64,000 nt of DNA from Candidatus Bipolaricaulota bacterium (GTDB lineage: Bacteria; Bipolaricaulota; Bipolaricaulia; RBG-16-55-9; DRXL01). Position 1 is the stretch's first letter. Each line of letters begins with the position of its first letter. Location: the NCBI GenBank assembly GCA_938091745.1, contig CALLJK010000014.1, positions 16,331 to 80,330 on the forward strand, read 5' to 3'. The notes under the pieces were generated by a model. The model did no database searches, had not been told where the DNA came from, and saw nothing but the letters and a program-made list of their open reading frames with translations. The position numbers and the translations under genes were made by a program. Shown here piece after piece: positions 17,801 to 28,619 of the stretch.

Positions 17801-18989
17801 GCAGATCTTCTTGCGCATCGGAGCGCAAGCGTATGTCTATGTCTTTGATATTGACCCAGCGGGTCGCGTGTCACAGGTCTTCCCCAACTCGTTCTCGCGC
17901 CAGAATCTCTTGAACGCTGGGACGTACACGCTGCCCGACGGGCCATATACTCTTGCGATCAGCGGCCCTGAGGGCACTGAGTATCTGCACGCTGTCGCGA
18001 TCACACAGTCTGTGAATCTGGGGCTTGATGGGCTGCGTAATACAGCGTGGCTCAATCCCGAAACGTTCAAAGCTGAGCTAGCTCGGCGCATTCAAAGCGT
18101 CGCGCCATCGGCGACGTGGACGAGCGCCTTCACGAGCTTTCAGGTCGGCACAACTGCGCCCCCGCAAAATCGCGCTCCAACAGCGTGCTTCAGCTTCAGC
18201 CCAACAAATCCCCTTGTCAATCAGCCAGTCACATTCGACGCGTCGTGCTCGACCGACCCTGATGGGCGCATTGTGCGATATGACTGGGATTTCGACAGCG
18301 ATGGACGTGTCGATGCCCAGGGCGTGCGCGTGGCGTTCGCGTTCTCCCAAGCGCGAACATACACGGTACTGCTGAGAGTGACAGACGACCAAGGGCTGAC
18401 TGGCTCTCTCACTAAGAACGTCACGGTACAGGCAACAATCACGCCGCCCACGCCGACGCCACGTCCGTACATCCCCCTTGGCGCTGGAGGACTCTTCATC
18501 ATGGGGACAGACAAGCTCTATCTGATGGTCCAAGGGGCGACGGGCTGGAACAGCGACAGACCCTATCAAATCTCGCTCGCTGTGAACGGGACGATTGACG
18601 GCGTCGGGGTGCAGACGGAAGGCGCTGCGATGGCTCAGCCCGTCCCACAGATCACTGGGCAGGTCACACAAATCACACTGAACGGCTCTGTGCGGAGCAA
18701 CGGGCGCATCACTTACACAATTCAGTTGAGTGACACCGTCTCGGCTGCCCGGATCGAGCTGTTGCTCGACGTCAATGGCGACGGCACCCCTGAGCGAACT
18801 CAGACCAACGCGATCTTCATCTTCATTACAGGCCTTGGGCGTGTTCCCGGGTTCTATCTGCCATTCAGCAATCCGTTCATTATTAAGAACGCGAGAAACG
18901 AGTTCCTCCTGCCCTTTGAGGAGTGGACGCGGTTGTGCGTGCCTGCGCAACCCACAGGCTTTGAGACCTCGAGTTGTTGGCCAGGATGA
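14814..18989 (+). CDS. Secreted subtilisin-like serine protease (S8) with 4 tandem CARDB domains, a DUF4384-like domain and a PKD domain
   Basis: Signal/TM at N-terminus. S8 catalytic triad contexts: Asp AVIDLGF, His NHGTAVAEI, Ser GTSAAAPHVAGAAALL. Four ~108-aa repeats of (K/Q/L)PDL...NETNNS.... PKD motif ...FDASCSTDPDGRIVRYDWDFDSDG.... Confidence 0.85.
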   Translation: MRRHQYLFWVLCGIVLVLLGAVGLTQEPSDPKSVARLEHDPKIDSVLEQIFKLAEQGQAQAAAQAASQFRVPVSGNTAIVIFQVPESVSRDPAAQDLLKKQVALGGGQVIATSKYAWKVQVPMNLGRLRASLAAAGSVVQFVRPPLVPQTLVVSEGVALTGASNYHSMGFRGQGVKIAVIDLGFAGLSAAQSRGELPGGIQTFDYTGTGIESGTNHGTAVAEIIYDMAPQAQLILMKVGDEVDLENAKEEAIRQGAKIINHSVGWFNTNFYDGTGIVNNIVADARSRGVLWVNAAGNYARRHWQGTFRDTNFNKWHEFSGGDESLSITVNAGDQIGVFLTWNDWPQSANDYDLYLFNNNGTQVAASQRIQSGTEPPIESLFYQSFIPGTFHIQIKADGNPAPRTFSLFSLNHDLEYAVPSNSIIAPGDSPNALTVGAVNRQNWTTGPIAPYSSQGPTNAGLSKPDIVGPDRVSTFTYTEFPGTSAAAPHVAGAAALLLSENPNLTAGQLEARLKSDAIPMGSPLQFGSGRLNLAQSSPPPGQPDLTVSGLTSSPSNPRVGDFVTVSGIVSNIGNAAAGPFVIEIRDSGGTDRRTVAGLNAGGSTSFSFTRRVNQTTETFVVVADATNQVSESNETNNSAELRVTATQPTLKPDLAIASTDWSPRTLTVGQNVTLSIVVRNQGQANAGPFIVEIRDSAGTDRQTLPGLAVGSTAPVSFTRRVNNTTEFFTITVDATNQVDELDETNNSVQIRVDAQPQAPRKPDLTISGVDWTPRVPRLGENVNFTVVVRNQGDGNAGPFLVEIRDSAGQDRRAVSGLSAASSVSLSFTRRQNNATEIFTITVDITNQVDESNETNNSTQVRIEALAETRLPDLTIDSLDYSPRDPSVGSTLTLTALVRNIGNADAGPFVVELQDSVGTTRQTLAGLRAGASVRVDFSRRLNSSSETFTVTADALRQVAESNETNNSRQITVRASTPSQLSISISTDKTSYRIGERLQIFLRIGAQAYVYVFDIDPAGRVSQVFPNSFSRQNLLNAGTYTLPDGPYTLAISGPEGTEYLHAVAITQSVNLGLDGLRNTAWLNPETFKAELARRIQSVAPSATWTSAFTSFQVGTTAPPQNRAPTACFSFSPTNPLVNQPVTFDASCSTDPDGRIVRYDWDFDSDGRVDAQGVRVAFAFSQARTYTVLLRVTDDQGLTGSLTKNVTVQATITPPTPTPRPYIPLGAGGLFIMGTDKLYLMVQGATGWNSDRPYQISLAVNGTIDGVGVQTEGAAMAQPVPQITGQVTQITLNGSVRSNGRITYTIQLSDTVSAARIELLLDVNGDGTPERTQTNAIFIFITGLGRVPGFYLPFSNPFIIKNARNEFLLPFEEWTRLCVPAQPTGFETSSCWPG
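16437..17730 (+). repeat. Four tandem ~320-bp coding repeats (CARDB domains) within the S8 protease gene
   Basis: Repeat units begin at about 16437, 16758, 17079 and 17409. They are conserved at protein level (PDLT..., AGPF.VEIRDS.G..R, NETNNS) with partial DNA identity. Confidence 0.7.
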
Positions 18990-19001
18990 GAGAATGAGTG
19001 A

Positions 19002-19114
19002 GGCCCTCACCCCCGACCCCTCTTACCCTCACCCCTTCGAGTCCCCTCTCCCCTCCGAGGGAGAGGGGAAGGGGTGAGGGGGGCAAGAGGGGTGGCGCAG
19101 CCGGGGTGAGGGCC
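19002..19114. repeat. GC-rich nested palindromic repeat element copy B (intergenic between convergent S8 protease and ligA; probable bidirectional terminator)
   Basis: GGCCCTCACCCCC...GGGGTGAGGGCC outer inverted repeat with inner CCCCTCTCCCCTCCGAGGGAGAGGGG hairpin and a second nested ACCCTCACCCC/GGGGTGAGGGGG pair. Ends 3 nt from the ligA stop. Confidence 0.8.
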
Positions 19115-19116
19115 TT

Positions 19117-21295
<2,179 letters not shown>

Positions 21296-21360
21296 GCTGT
21301 GCATTATGACAGATCAAGGGCAGGGAAGTCAAACACTATACAAACCTTTCTGAGAGACAC

Positions 21361-21366
21361 TATAAT
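21361..21366 (+). promoter_or_regulatory. -10 box TATAAT upstream of the beta-helix protein gene
   Basis: TATAAT at 21361-21366 is followed by RBS GAGAGGAGG and ATG 21389. Confidence 0.4.
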
Positions 21367-21388
21367 TTAAAAAAGAGAGGAGGCAGCT

Positions 21389-22879
21389 ATGGTGAAGTGG
21401 TTCCTCATCGTCATGCTGTCGGTTCTAGTAATGGTTGCGAATGCAAGCGTACAGGAGCAACCCGCGTGCACGATAACAGTGCAGCCAGGTCAGTCCATCC
21501 AAGAAGCGATTGACGGGGCATCTGAAGGTGCGGTCATCTGCGTGAGCGCGGCTAACTTCCCATATATGGAACATCTGACGATCACCAAGAGCCTGACGCT
21601 GCGCGGCGCGGGCAGAGAGAAGACGTTCCTGACGGGCAAGGAGGAAAACAAGCCGGTCGTTTACATCAATAGCAATGAGGAGATCATGGTCGTCCTAGAA
21701 GAGCTTACTATAGCAGTTACCCTTCCCATTGGCTTCCATATTGAAGGGAAGGCAAGAGCGAATCTTCGCATACTCGATATCCGCGGGCGCGGTGCTTATT
21801 ACAATATTGCTGCGGGCGGCTCAACCCATCTGAGCCTCGAAAACTCTCGGGTTTACAATGGAGGGATAGGCCTCCTTGCTACAGGCTCCGCTCAAGTAAT
21901 CATCACGAACTCTCAACTCTTCAATAACGGTAATGGTATCTATGCCGGGAGAGAAGCTCAAGTGAGTCTTATGAACTCCTCTGTCTTTGATAACCGAGCT
22001 AACGGCTTGGATTTGCGAGACTCTGCTACTGTAGAGCTCAAAGAGGCTCGAGTTATAGACAACAAGCACTGTGGGGTTGCAGTCTGGTCAGAACAAGCTC
22101 AGGTGCAGGGTAAAGCCCAAGAGCTACGAGGCAACGGAGCTGACTTATGCGGGTATGCCCCTGCCTCGCTGCGTAAGCCTCTCGTTCCACAAACCCCCAA
22201 AGTCCAGCTTACTGTTCCCAGGGATTATGCGAGCTTACAAGAAGCTATAGACGCGATTGCTCCCAGCGGCACGATCATCATAGCTGCGGGTACTTACGAA
22301 GCAGGGCTGACAATCTGGAAACCTCTCACACTGCAGGGAGCCGGTCGAGAACAAACGATCTTGAAGGCTAGTCTTGATCGAGGGTTAGTGGGTTCAATCA
22401 CAGCTCAGGGCTACGGGGTTCACTTGGAAGGACTGACACTTGCTGGCGGCATATATGAGGGGCTACTCGTCTATGGCCGAGGGAGCTTCATCAACGTTCA
22501 GATCATGAACAATGGCTTTTATGGTCTTCTCGCGGGCGGCTCAGCTATAGTTGAAGTGGAAGATGGTTTCATTCTCAACAATGGAATGGACCTTGAGTGC
22601 TCTCATTCAGAAGAATTGTGCAATGGGGTTGGGCTCTGGGATCAGGCCCAGATCACGTTGAGCAATTCTATGATCAAAGAGAATGGAGACTGGGGTATAG
22701 GTGCCGCACTCAAGCAATGTGGTTATCCTCGAGATGCTTTCACTGGGAGCGTGATCTTTGAAGGCACCAATATCATCGAGGGCAACAACCGCTGGGGCAA
22801 TCAGAAGGGCCTGGGCAATCCGGGAAATCACCCTTGGAATAATCCCAGCGTACCCGATGGGCAAGTCTGCTTGCCATAA
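21389..22879 (+). CDS. Secreted right-handed parallel beta-helix repeat protein (internally duplicated)
   Basis: Signal peptide present. Two copies of a TVQPGQSIQEAIDGA...LTLRGAGREKTFL / TVPRDYASLQEAIDAI...LTLQGAGREQTIL module are each followed by NxxG beta-helix repeats (NNGNGIYAG, DNRANGLDL...). Confidence 0.6.
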   Translation: MVKWFLIVMLSVLVMVANASVQEQPACTITVQPGQSIQEAIDGASEGAVICVSAANFPYMEHLTITKSLTLRGAGREKTFLTGKEENKPVVYINSNEEIMVVLEELTIAVTLPIGFHIEGKARANLRILDIRGRGAYYNIAAGGSTHLSLENSRVYNGGIGLLATGSAQVIITNSQLFNNGNGIYAGREAQVSLMNSSVFDNRANGLDLRDSATVELKEARVIDNKHCGVAVWSEQAQVQGKAQELRGNGADLCGYAPASLRKPLVPQTPKVQLTVPRDYASLQEAIDAIAPSGTIIIAAGTYEAGLTIWKPLTLQGAGREQTILKASLDRGLVGSITAQGYGVHLEGLTLAGGIYEGLLVYGRGSFINVQIMNNGFYGLLAGGSAIVEVEDGFILNNGMDLECSHSEELCNGVGLWDQAQITLSNSMIKENGDWGIGAALKQCGYPRDAFTGSVIFEGTNIIEGNNRWGNQKGLGNPGNHPWNNPSVPDGQVCLP

Positions 22880-22900
22880 GAAGCTTTGAACTGTCAGTTC

Positions 22901-24283
22901 TCACTTCACGGCCCTGGGAAAACTGATGGGCCGGCCGTGCTTCATCGCGTGCAGCGTCGCCACAAACGCCTTCTTGATCTTCTCAAGCTCTGCCAGCGTC
23001 AGCGGCGCTTCCGCAAGCTGGCCGTCTTCGATCTTGTCGCGGATCACTTGTTCGACTAGTTCTTCCAAACGCGCCCCGTTCTCCACCGAGCGCGACGCGG
23101 CTTCGACACCATCAGCGAGCATCAAAATCGCTGTCTCTTTGGTCTTGGGCAGCTCAGCGTCGTAGCGAAAATCGTCCATGGAGCACTCTTCTTGTCCTTC
23201 ACGGAGAGCTTTCACGTAGAAATAGCGAATGACTGAGGTCCCATGATGCTGCGGGATGAATTGCAAGACGTCTTCTTTCAAGCCGTACCGTCGCCCAAGC
23301 TCTATCCCCTCACGGATATGCGCCGTGATGATCGTCTTGCTCAGGCTGGGAGCTAAATTGTCGTGCGGGTTTGTGCTGTTCTGTTGGTTTTCCAAGAAGA
23401 ACTCTGGACGCTGGATCTTCCCAATATCGTGATAGTACCCGCCGACTTTTGCTAAGAGTGGGTCTGCCCCAATAGCTTCCGCAGCAGCCTCACTGAGATC
23501 AGCGACGTTAAAGCTGTGATGGTACGTCCCCGGTGCTTTCTCGCGGAGTAAATCCAAGAGTGGGTGCGAAGGGTTGAGCAGCTCCATCAGTCCTAGAGGG
23601 CTTGTCTTCTGAGTGATCTGCTCGGCGAGTGGGAGCAAACCCATCATCAAGAGTGCTGTGAAGGGGCCGCTCAGCGTCGCCCACAAGAGCGCTTCGGGCT
23701 TAAAATCTCCCCAGATCGCCGTCCCGCTCCAGTAGACGAGCGCGTTCACCAGAGCGATCTCCAGCCCTCCCACAGCTAAGTCAGAAAGTCTGTTCAATCG
23801 GGTCACGCGGAGGATCGCGACAAAGCCCCCGGCAAGGGCGATCAGCCCGCTCAGCGGCGGCCCAAGAAGCTCTATCACCAGAGCAACGAAGATATTCGTC
23901 GCAACACCCATCGGCAGGCCGACAAAGAGCGTCACGAGCGCAGAAGCCAACGGGGTCGGAGCCAGATAGGGCACCCACGGGTACACTATCTGAGCCAAGA
24001 GCACGGTGAGGAAGATCAAACCAACGGTAAAGCCCATAAGCCGGGGCGAGATTTTTGCCCGATGGGCATAGAGGCCAAATGCCCCGCACGCCAGCGCCAA
24101 GAGCACCCCTTGGGCTGCGATCTGCGCCCACGACACAAGCTGCATCTCTAAGAGAGGCGTCAGCCGAAACGCCCCTAACGCCGTCAAGGCTGCCCATAGC
24201 AGCCCACTGGCTTCAACCTCCGGAGAGATACGGAATGGCAGGGAGGGCTCCGCAGGGTTAGCTCTTGCCTTCGCTCTTCTCAT
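22901..24283 (-). CDS. 7TM-HD (HDIG) membrane phosphohydrolase, PgpH-like
   Basis: N-terminal ~240-aa multi-helix membrane region plus C-terminal HD domain (GGYYHDIGK...QHHG). Located upstream of phoH, as in Firmicutes yqfF-phoH loci. Confidence 0.7.
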   Translation of the reverse strand: MRRAKARANPAEPSLPFRISPEVEASGLLWAALTALGAFRLTPLLEMQLVSWAQIAAQGVLLALACGAFGLYAHRAKISPRLMGFTVGLIFLTVLLAQIVYPWVPYLAPTPLASALVTLFVGLPMGVATNIFVALVIELLGPPLSGLIALAGGFVAILRVTRLNRLSDLAVGGLEIALVNALVYWSGTAIWGDFKPEALLWATLSGPFTALLMMGLLPLAEQITQKTSPLGLMELLNPSHPLLDLLREKAPGTYHHSFNVADLSEAAAEAIGADPLLAKVGGYYHDIGKIQRPEFFLENQQNSTNPHDNLAPSLSKTIITAHIREGIELGRRYGLKEDVLQFIPQHHGTSVIRYFYVKALREGQEECSMDDFRYDAELPKTKETAILMLADGVEAASRSVENGARLEELVEQVIRDKIEDGQLAEAPLTLAELEKIKKAFVATLHAMKHGRPISFPRAVK

Positions 24284-25262
24284 AAGCTTCGATGATCTTC
24301 TTCACCAGCGGGTGGCGAACGACATCGCGCTTATCTAAGTAGACAAACGCAATGCCTTCGATATCTTTGAGAATTTTCTGGACTTCCTTCAGCCCGGATT
24401 TCCCGCGCTGCAAGTCGATCTGAGTAATATCTCCGGTGATCACGGCCTTGGACTTGAAACCCAAGCGCGTTAGAAACATCTTCATCTGCGTTGCGGTCGT
24501 GTTCTGCGCTTCGTCGAGAATGATGAACGAATTATTTAACGTGCGTCCGCGCATGAACGCTAACGGTGCGATCTCGATCCGCCCGTTCTCCATCAGTCTC
24601 TTGACTTCTTCGTAAGGGATCATATCGAAGATCGCGTCGTAGAGCGGGCGCAGATAGGGGCTGACCTTCGCTTCAATATCACCAGGGAGAAAGCCCAGCT
24701 CTTCTCCAGCTTCGACAGCCGGCCGCGTCAAGATCAAGCGATGACACAGCCCGCGCTTCAAATAGTCAATCGCCACAGCGACAGCGAGATACGTCTTCCC
24801 TGTGCCCGACGGCCCGATCCCAAAGACAATGTCGTTCTCGCGGATCGCTTGGACGTATTGGGCTTGGCCAACGGTCTTAGGGCGGATCTGTTCCCCCCAG
24901 TGCGTCGTCTGGATGGGCTCGGAGAGCACTCCCTCGAGATTCTCTGATTCTTTGATTTGCTGAGAGAGATAACGTACTTCATCGGGAGTGGGAACGTGGC
25001 CGCTCTTGACGACCTCGCGCAGCTTCTTAAAAAGATTCTGGATGCGCTCGACCTCGCTGTCAGGGCCTTCGATCCGCACTGTGCCCCCCCGATGCGTCAG
25101 CCGCACATCCGCGAAGAGCTCTCGAATGACAGCGAGATTGCGGTCGAATTGTCCCAAGACAGCTGTTGCTTCTTCCCCCAGAGGGATCTCTTGATGGGTA
25201 CTTCGCTCTACCACCGATTTTCCTCCATAAAGTATCATACCGACTGCCCCAGGGGTTGTCAA
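24258..25262 (-). CDS. phoH: PhoH-like ATPase
   Basis: Walker A GPSGTGKTYLAVAVAIDYL and the PhoH-type C-terminal conserved region. Confidence 0.85.
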   Translation of the reverse strand: MTTPGAVGMILYGGKSVVERSTHQEIPLGEEATAVLGQFDRNLAVIRELFADVRLTHRGGTVRIEGPDSEVERIQNLFKKLREVVKSGHVPTPDEVRYLSQQIKESENLEGVLSEPIQTTHWGEQIRPKTVGQAQYVQAIRENDIVFGIGPSGTGKTYLAVAVAIDYLKRGLCHRLILTRPAVEAGEELGFLPGDIEAKVSPYLRPLYDAIFDMIPYEEVKRLMENGRIEIAPLAFMRGRTLNNSFIILDEAQNTTATQMKMFLTRLGFKSKAVITGDITQIDLQRGKSGLKEVQKILKDIEGIAFVYLDKRDVVRHPLVKKIIEAYEKSEGKS

Positions 25263-25293
25263 AAGCCTCGAATTTTTCTAAACTAACGCTGTC

Positions 25294-28200
25294 ATGCTGC
25301 GGTTAGTCGACCGGTATCTCGTGCGTGAGATGCTCTTCCCCTTTGCGCTGGCTGTCGCGGGCTTTGTGCTGTTTATTATTCTCAACCTGATCCCGCAGTT
25401 GTCGGATTTCATGCTCGACCGCAATATCTCCGTAAAAGTGCTCTTCCAGATGCTAGGGTATCGGTTGCCAGAGCTCTTGGTCTATGGGCTTCCGGTGGGG
25501 GTCTTGTTCGCGATCTTCTGGGCTTTAGGGCGCTTAAACCACGACCGCGAGCTGATTGCCCTGCAAGCTGCTGGATACTCCCTACGCAGATTGATGCTCC
25601 CGGTGGTCTTAATGGGCTTGATCACGACCATCGCAGCGTTCGCTGTAGGAGAGCTATGGATGCCCTGGGGCAATCATCGCTATTATGATCTCTTGAGAGA
25701 GATATTCTTTATGCGGTCTACCCCGCAGATTCGCGAATCGACGTTCATCAAGCTCAGCGAGACTGCCTATGCGTATATCGAGCGGTATGATCCCGAGGCG
25801 AAGAAGCTGATAAACGTCATGATCTTCGACAAAGGGGGTGGGGAGTATCTCCCAGAATTGAACGCGCGCTTTCCGAAGATCATTGTGGCTGTTGAAGGGG
25901 TTTGGGACGGTGAGTACTGGCGCTTGAAGGACGGAAGGCTTCATAAGCTCCGTGATGACGGCCAGTTTGAGTACTCGGCGACGTTTGAGCGCTTGTCTAT
26001 TCGCGCCGGGCCGTATCTGCAGCGAGTCTTTCTCGAACAACGCACCCCGCATGAGATGGGCATTGGAGAGCTTGCTCGTCAGATAAGGCTCTTACAAGAG
26101 CACGGCCTAGGGGCGGAAAGCTTAATCGTCGAGCTGCACTCCAAGATCGCTGTGCCCTTCTCTGCGCTGATCTTTGCGCTCTTTGGAGCGCCGTTAAGTT
26201 TGATCTTTGCGCAAGGAGGGGCGCCGCGGGGGCGCGCCGCTGGGGTGATTATCAGCGTGCTCTTGGTCGCATGCTATCAAGGGCTCTTGCTATGGCTTTC
26301 TACCCTGGGCAAACGCGGAGTAATCTCGCCTATAGTTGCGCCGTGGCTCCCCAATGTGATCTTTTTAGGTATCGGGGTGATTCTGTTGATCTGGCTCGAT
26401 CAGCTTAGCCGGCTCGATCTCTTTGCCCGGCTCCGGCGGCTTGTGCCGTTCGTGCTTGTTCTGGGATGGGTGAGCGCAGCGTGGGCGCAGGAGCCGCCAC
26501 CTATCTCGTTAGATCTTCGAGCAGATAAGTTAACAGTTGCGCGGGACTGGAGCGAGATCGTCGCTGAAGGGCATGTCCAGCTTCAGTATGAGCAGGGTCG
26601 TCTCACGGCTGATCGTCTGAAAGCCCAGCGAACCGCAGCCAGCCAGCGCTGGCAGATTAGGGCTGAAGGGGGTGTCGTCTGGGACGGGGAGGGCCTCAAA
26701 GGGCAAGCAGAGCAGATAGAGCTTCGCATTGGCTGGGATGGCTCGGCGTGGCAGACTGATGCAGTGTTCTTAGAAAGAGCCCAACTCACATACGAGCAGG
26801 GGACTTTGTCGGCTCAAGAGATTCGGGTCACGCCGTCGTGGGTAGCTCTCGTAAAAGACTTTTTCGGGGAGACGCGCTTTGAGAGCGCTGCGAAAAAGAA
26901 AGAGACTTTACGCTTTCATGGGCGTGAAGCCCGCGCGACATTTTCTCAAGAGGGTCAGCTCAAGCTCTTAGAGATCAAGACTGGGGAAGTGACGACGTGC
27001 ACCTGCGGACCCATCTCGCACTCGGATTACTCGATTGCAGCGAGTGCCGTGCGTCTTGAGCCTAATGAGTACGTGCTCGCTACAAATATACTGTTAAAAG
27101 TGTATGGCTTCCCGGTCTTTTGGGCACCGCTCTATTTTGCATCATTGAAAGAAGAGACGAAAAACCCGTTGTTGCCAGACTTTGGGCAAATCCCCGAACG
27201 CGGCTGGTATCTGCGCTGGCGTCTGCCATTTGTCATAGATAGAGAGAACACTGGCACGGTCTTGATCGATCTCTATACAAAGCTCCCTGAAGTGGGCATG
27301 GGGATCGAATATAAATATAAATTCTGGGAGCAGCAGGGGCAGATCTCCATGTATCGCTTAGTAGGGCGCGGGGAGTCCTGGGCGATAGACTGGGCCCATA
27401 ACGCTACGCTGCCCCTGGATATGCGTCTCTCAGGGGCGCTCTCTTGGCGCACCGGAGTCCTCCAACAAGAAGTGCAACGGCTCTCTGCGAGGGTCGCGCT
27501 TGCGGCAACGTGGTGGGACATAGTGCGTTGGAACGCTCTTTGGAGCCGCGATCAGTATCTTGTCCTCCCAAGGGCTGATAGTGAAGAGACCGTGCGGTAT
27601 CGCTTCTTAGAGAAGGCCCCTGAGCTTTCTCTTTCTCTGACACCTGCGCGCCTTGGGTCGCTACCCTTGTCTGTGATATTCAATCTCAGTTGGGGGCGCT
27701 ATCGCGAGAAGAAGATCGACCGAGAGAGCTTGGACGAGAGCGCCCGCTGGGATGCTCTCATCGGCGTGCGATCTATAGCCTTGGGAAGTAAGCTTTTCAC
27801 CGTGCAAGCGAGCGCAACCTACCGACTCTCGCTCTATGATCCTCAACAGTATCGTCGCCATGCGTACGATCTGACCGTGGGGGTGAGCGTGCGCCCCTTT
27901 TCGGGAGTAAACGCAGACGCCACGTATTCGTACCGACGGGTTCTGGGGCAGAGCCCTTTTAGCTTCGATCAGCTGAGCGTCGTGCACTCTGTCGTGGCGC
28001 GTGCGAATTGGGCTAATATATCTTTTAAGCCCGCTCTCTTCGTTGGCTATAATTTCGAACAAAAGTCGTTTGAGCCGCTCCGCATATCGTTGAAAGACGC
28101 GTTCATGGGTTTAGAAACCCTTATAGACATCGAGTACGATGTGAATGCTCATCTGTGGCGCAGGGCCGGGCTGAAGCTGAGCACAAGCTTTCTCAATATC

Positions 28201-28569
28201 CAAGTCTCTACGGCGTATTTATTTTCGACGCGCTCGTTCGAAGACACGATTCTCAAACTAAGCTGGGGTGACCATCGCGTTGGGGCGAACTTCGATCTCA
28301 ATCGGTTATTGCTCAAGCGATTCAATCTCGAGACGGACTGGCGATGGGGCGACTGGGAATTCGCATTTAAAGGCGAATACGATCTTGGTATGCAGCAGTG
28401 GACGGCGTTACAGCTAGGGATGGTGAAAAAATTCTGTCGAGCGTGTTGGCAGCTGGGGCTTTATAGCGACAGACAACGGGTGTGGCTCCAAGCTCAGATC
28501 AATGCCTTCCCCACCGCATGGGTGCGTTACTCGCCCACCGATAGCCGACTCTCGTTTGGTTCCCCTTAG
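25294..28569 (+). CDS. Fusion protein: LptF/LptG-family permease (YjgP/YjgQ) + internal signal-peptide-like segment + OstA (LptA/LptD N-terminal) domain + LptD-like C-terminal region
   Basis: Single uninterrupted 1091-aa frame. The first ~370 aa carry the LptF/G N-terminus (MLRLVDRYLVREMLFPF...LNHDRELIALQAAGYSLRRL), six TM helices and a periplasmic jellyroll. Residues ~375-395 (LVPFVLVLGWVSAAWAQEP) look like a signal peptide with an AxA site. An OstA-like domain follows. The segment TCTCGPISHSDYSIAASAVRLEPNEYVLATNILLKVYGFPVFWAPLY aligns with the E. coli LptD junction region (SCLPGSDTWSVVGSEI...ARFKVGPVPIFYSPYL). Confidence 0.6.
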   Translation: MLRLVDRYLVREMLFPFALAVAGFVLFIILNLIPQLSDFMLDRNISVKVLFQMLGYRLPELLVYGLPVGVLFAIFWALGRLNHDRELIALQAAGYSLRRLMLPVVLMGLITTIAAFAVGELWMPWGNHRYYDLLREIFFMRSTPQIRESTFIKLSETAYAYIERYDPEAKKLINVMIFDKGGGEYLPELNARFPKIIVAVEGVWDGEYWRLKDGRLHKLRDDGQFEYSATFERLSIRAGPYLQRVFLEQRTPHEMGIGELARQIRLLQEHGLGAESLIVELHSKIAVPFSALIFALFGAPLSLIFAQGGAPRGRAAGVIISVLLVACYQGLLLWLSTLGKRGVISPIVAPWLPNVIFLGIGVILLIWLDQLSRLDLFARLRRLVPFVLVLGWVSAAWAQEPPPISLDLRADKLTVARDWSEIVAEGHVQLQYEQGRLTADRLKAQRTAASQRWQIRAEGGVVWDGEGLKGQAEQIELRIGWDGSAWQTDAVFLERAQLTYEQGTLSAQEIRVTPSWVALVKDFFGETRFESAAKKKETLRFHGREARATFSQEGQLKLLEIKTGEVTTCTCGPISHSDYSIAASAVRLEPNEYVLATNILLKVYGFPVFWAPLYFASLKEETKNPLLPDFGQIPERGWYLRWRLPFVIDRENTGTVLIDLYTKLPEVGMGIEYKYKFWEQQGQISMYRLVGRGESWAIDWAHNATLPLDMRLSGALSWRTGVLQQEVQRLSARVALAATWWDIVRWNALWSRDQYLVLPRADSEETVRYRFLEKAPELSLSLTPARLGSLPLSVIFNLSWGRYREKKIDRESLDESARWDALIGVRSIALGSKLFTVQASATYRLSLYDPQQYRRHAYDLTVGVSVRPFSGVNADATYSYRRVLGQSPFSFDQLSVVHSVVARANWANISFKPALFVGYNFEQKSFEPLRISLKDAFMGLETLIDIEYDVNAHLWRRAGLKLSTSFLNIQVSTAYLFSTRSFEDTILKLSWGDHRVGANFDLNRLLLKRFNLETDWRWGDWEFAFKGEYDLGMQQWTALQLGMVKKFCRACWQLGLYSDRQRVWLQAQINAFPTAWVRYSPTDSRLSFGSP

Positions 28570-28619
28570 CTGCACGTCGCGAGTTTTTTCAGTATACTGA
28601 ATAGGGTGATCAATCTCGT

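Noticed and set aside
28570-28619. T-rich stretch (GAGTTTTTTC) after the LptF/G-LptD ORF, considered as an intrinsic terminator
   Set aside because: There is no convincing GC-rich hairpin immediately upstream. It more likely belongs to the promoter region of the EF-G-like gene (TATACT at ~28600).
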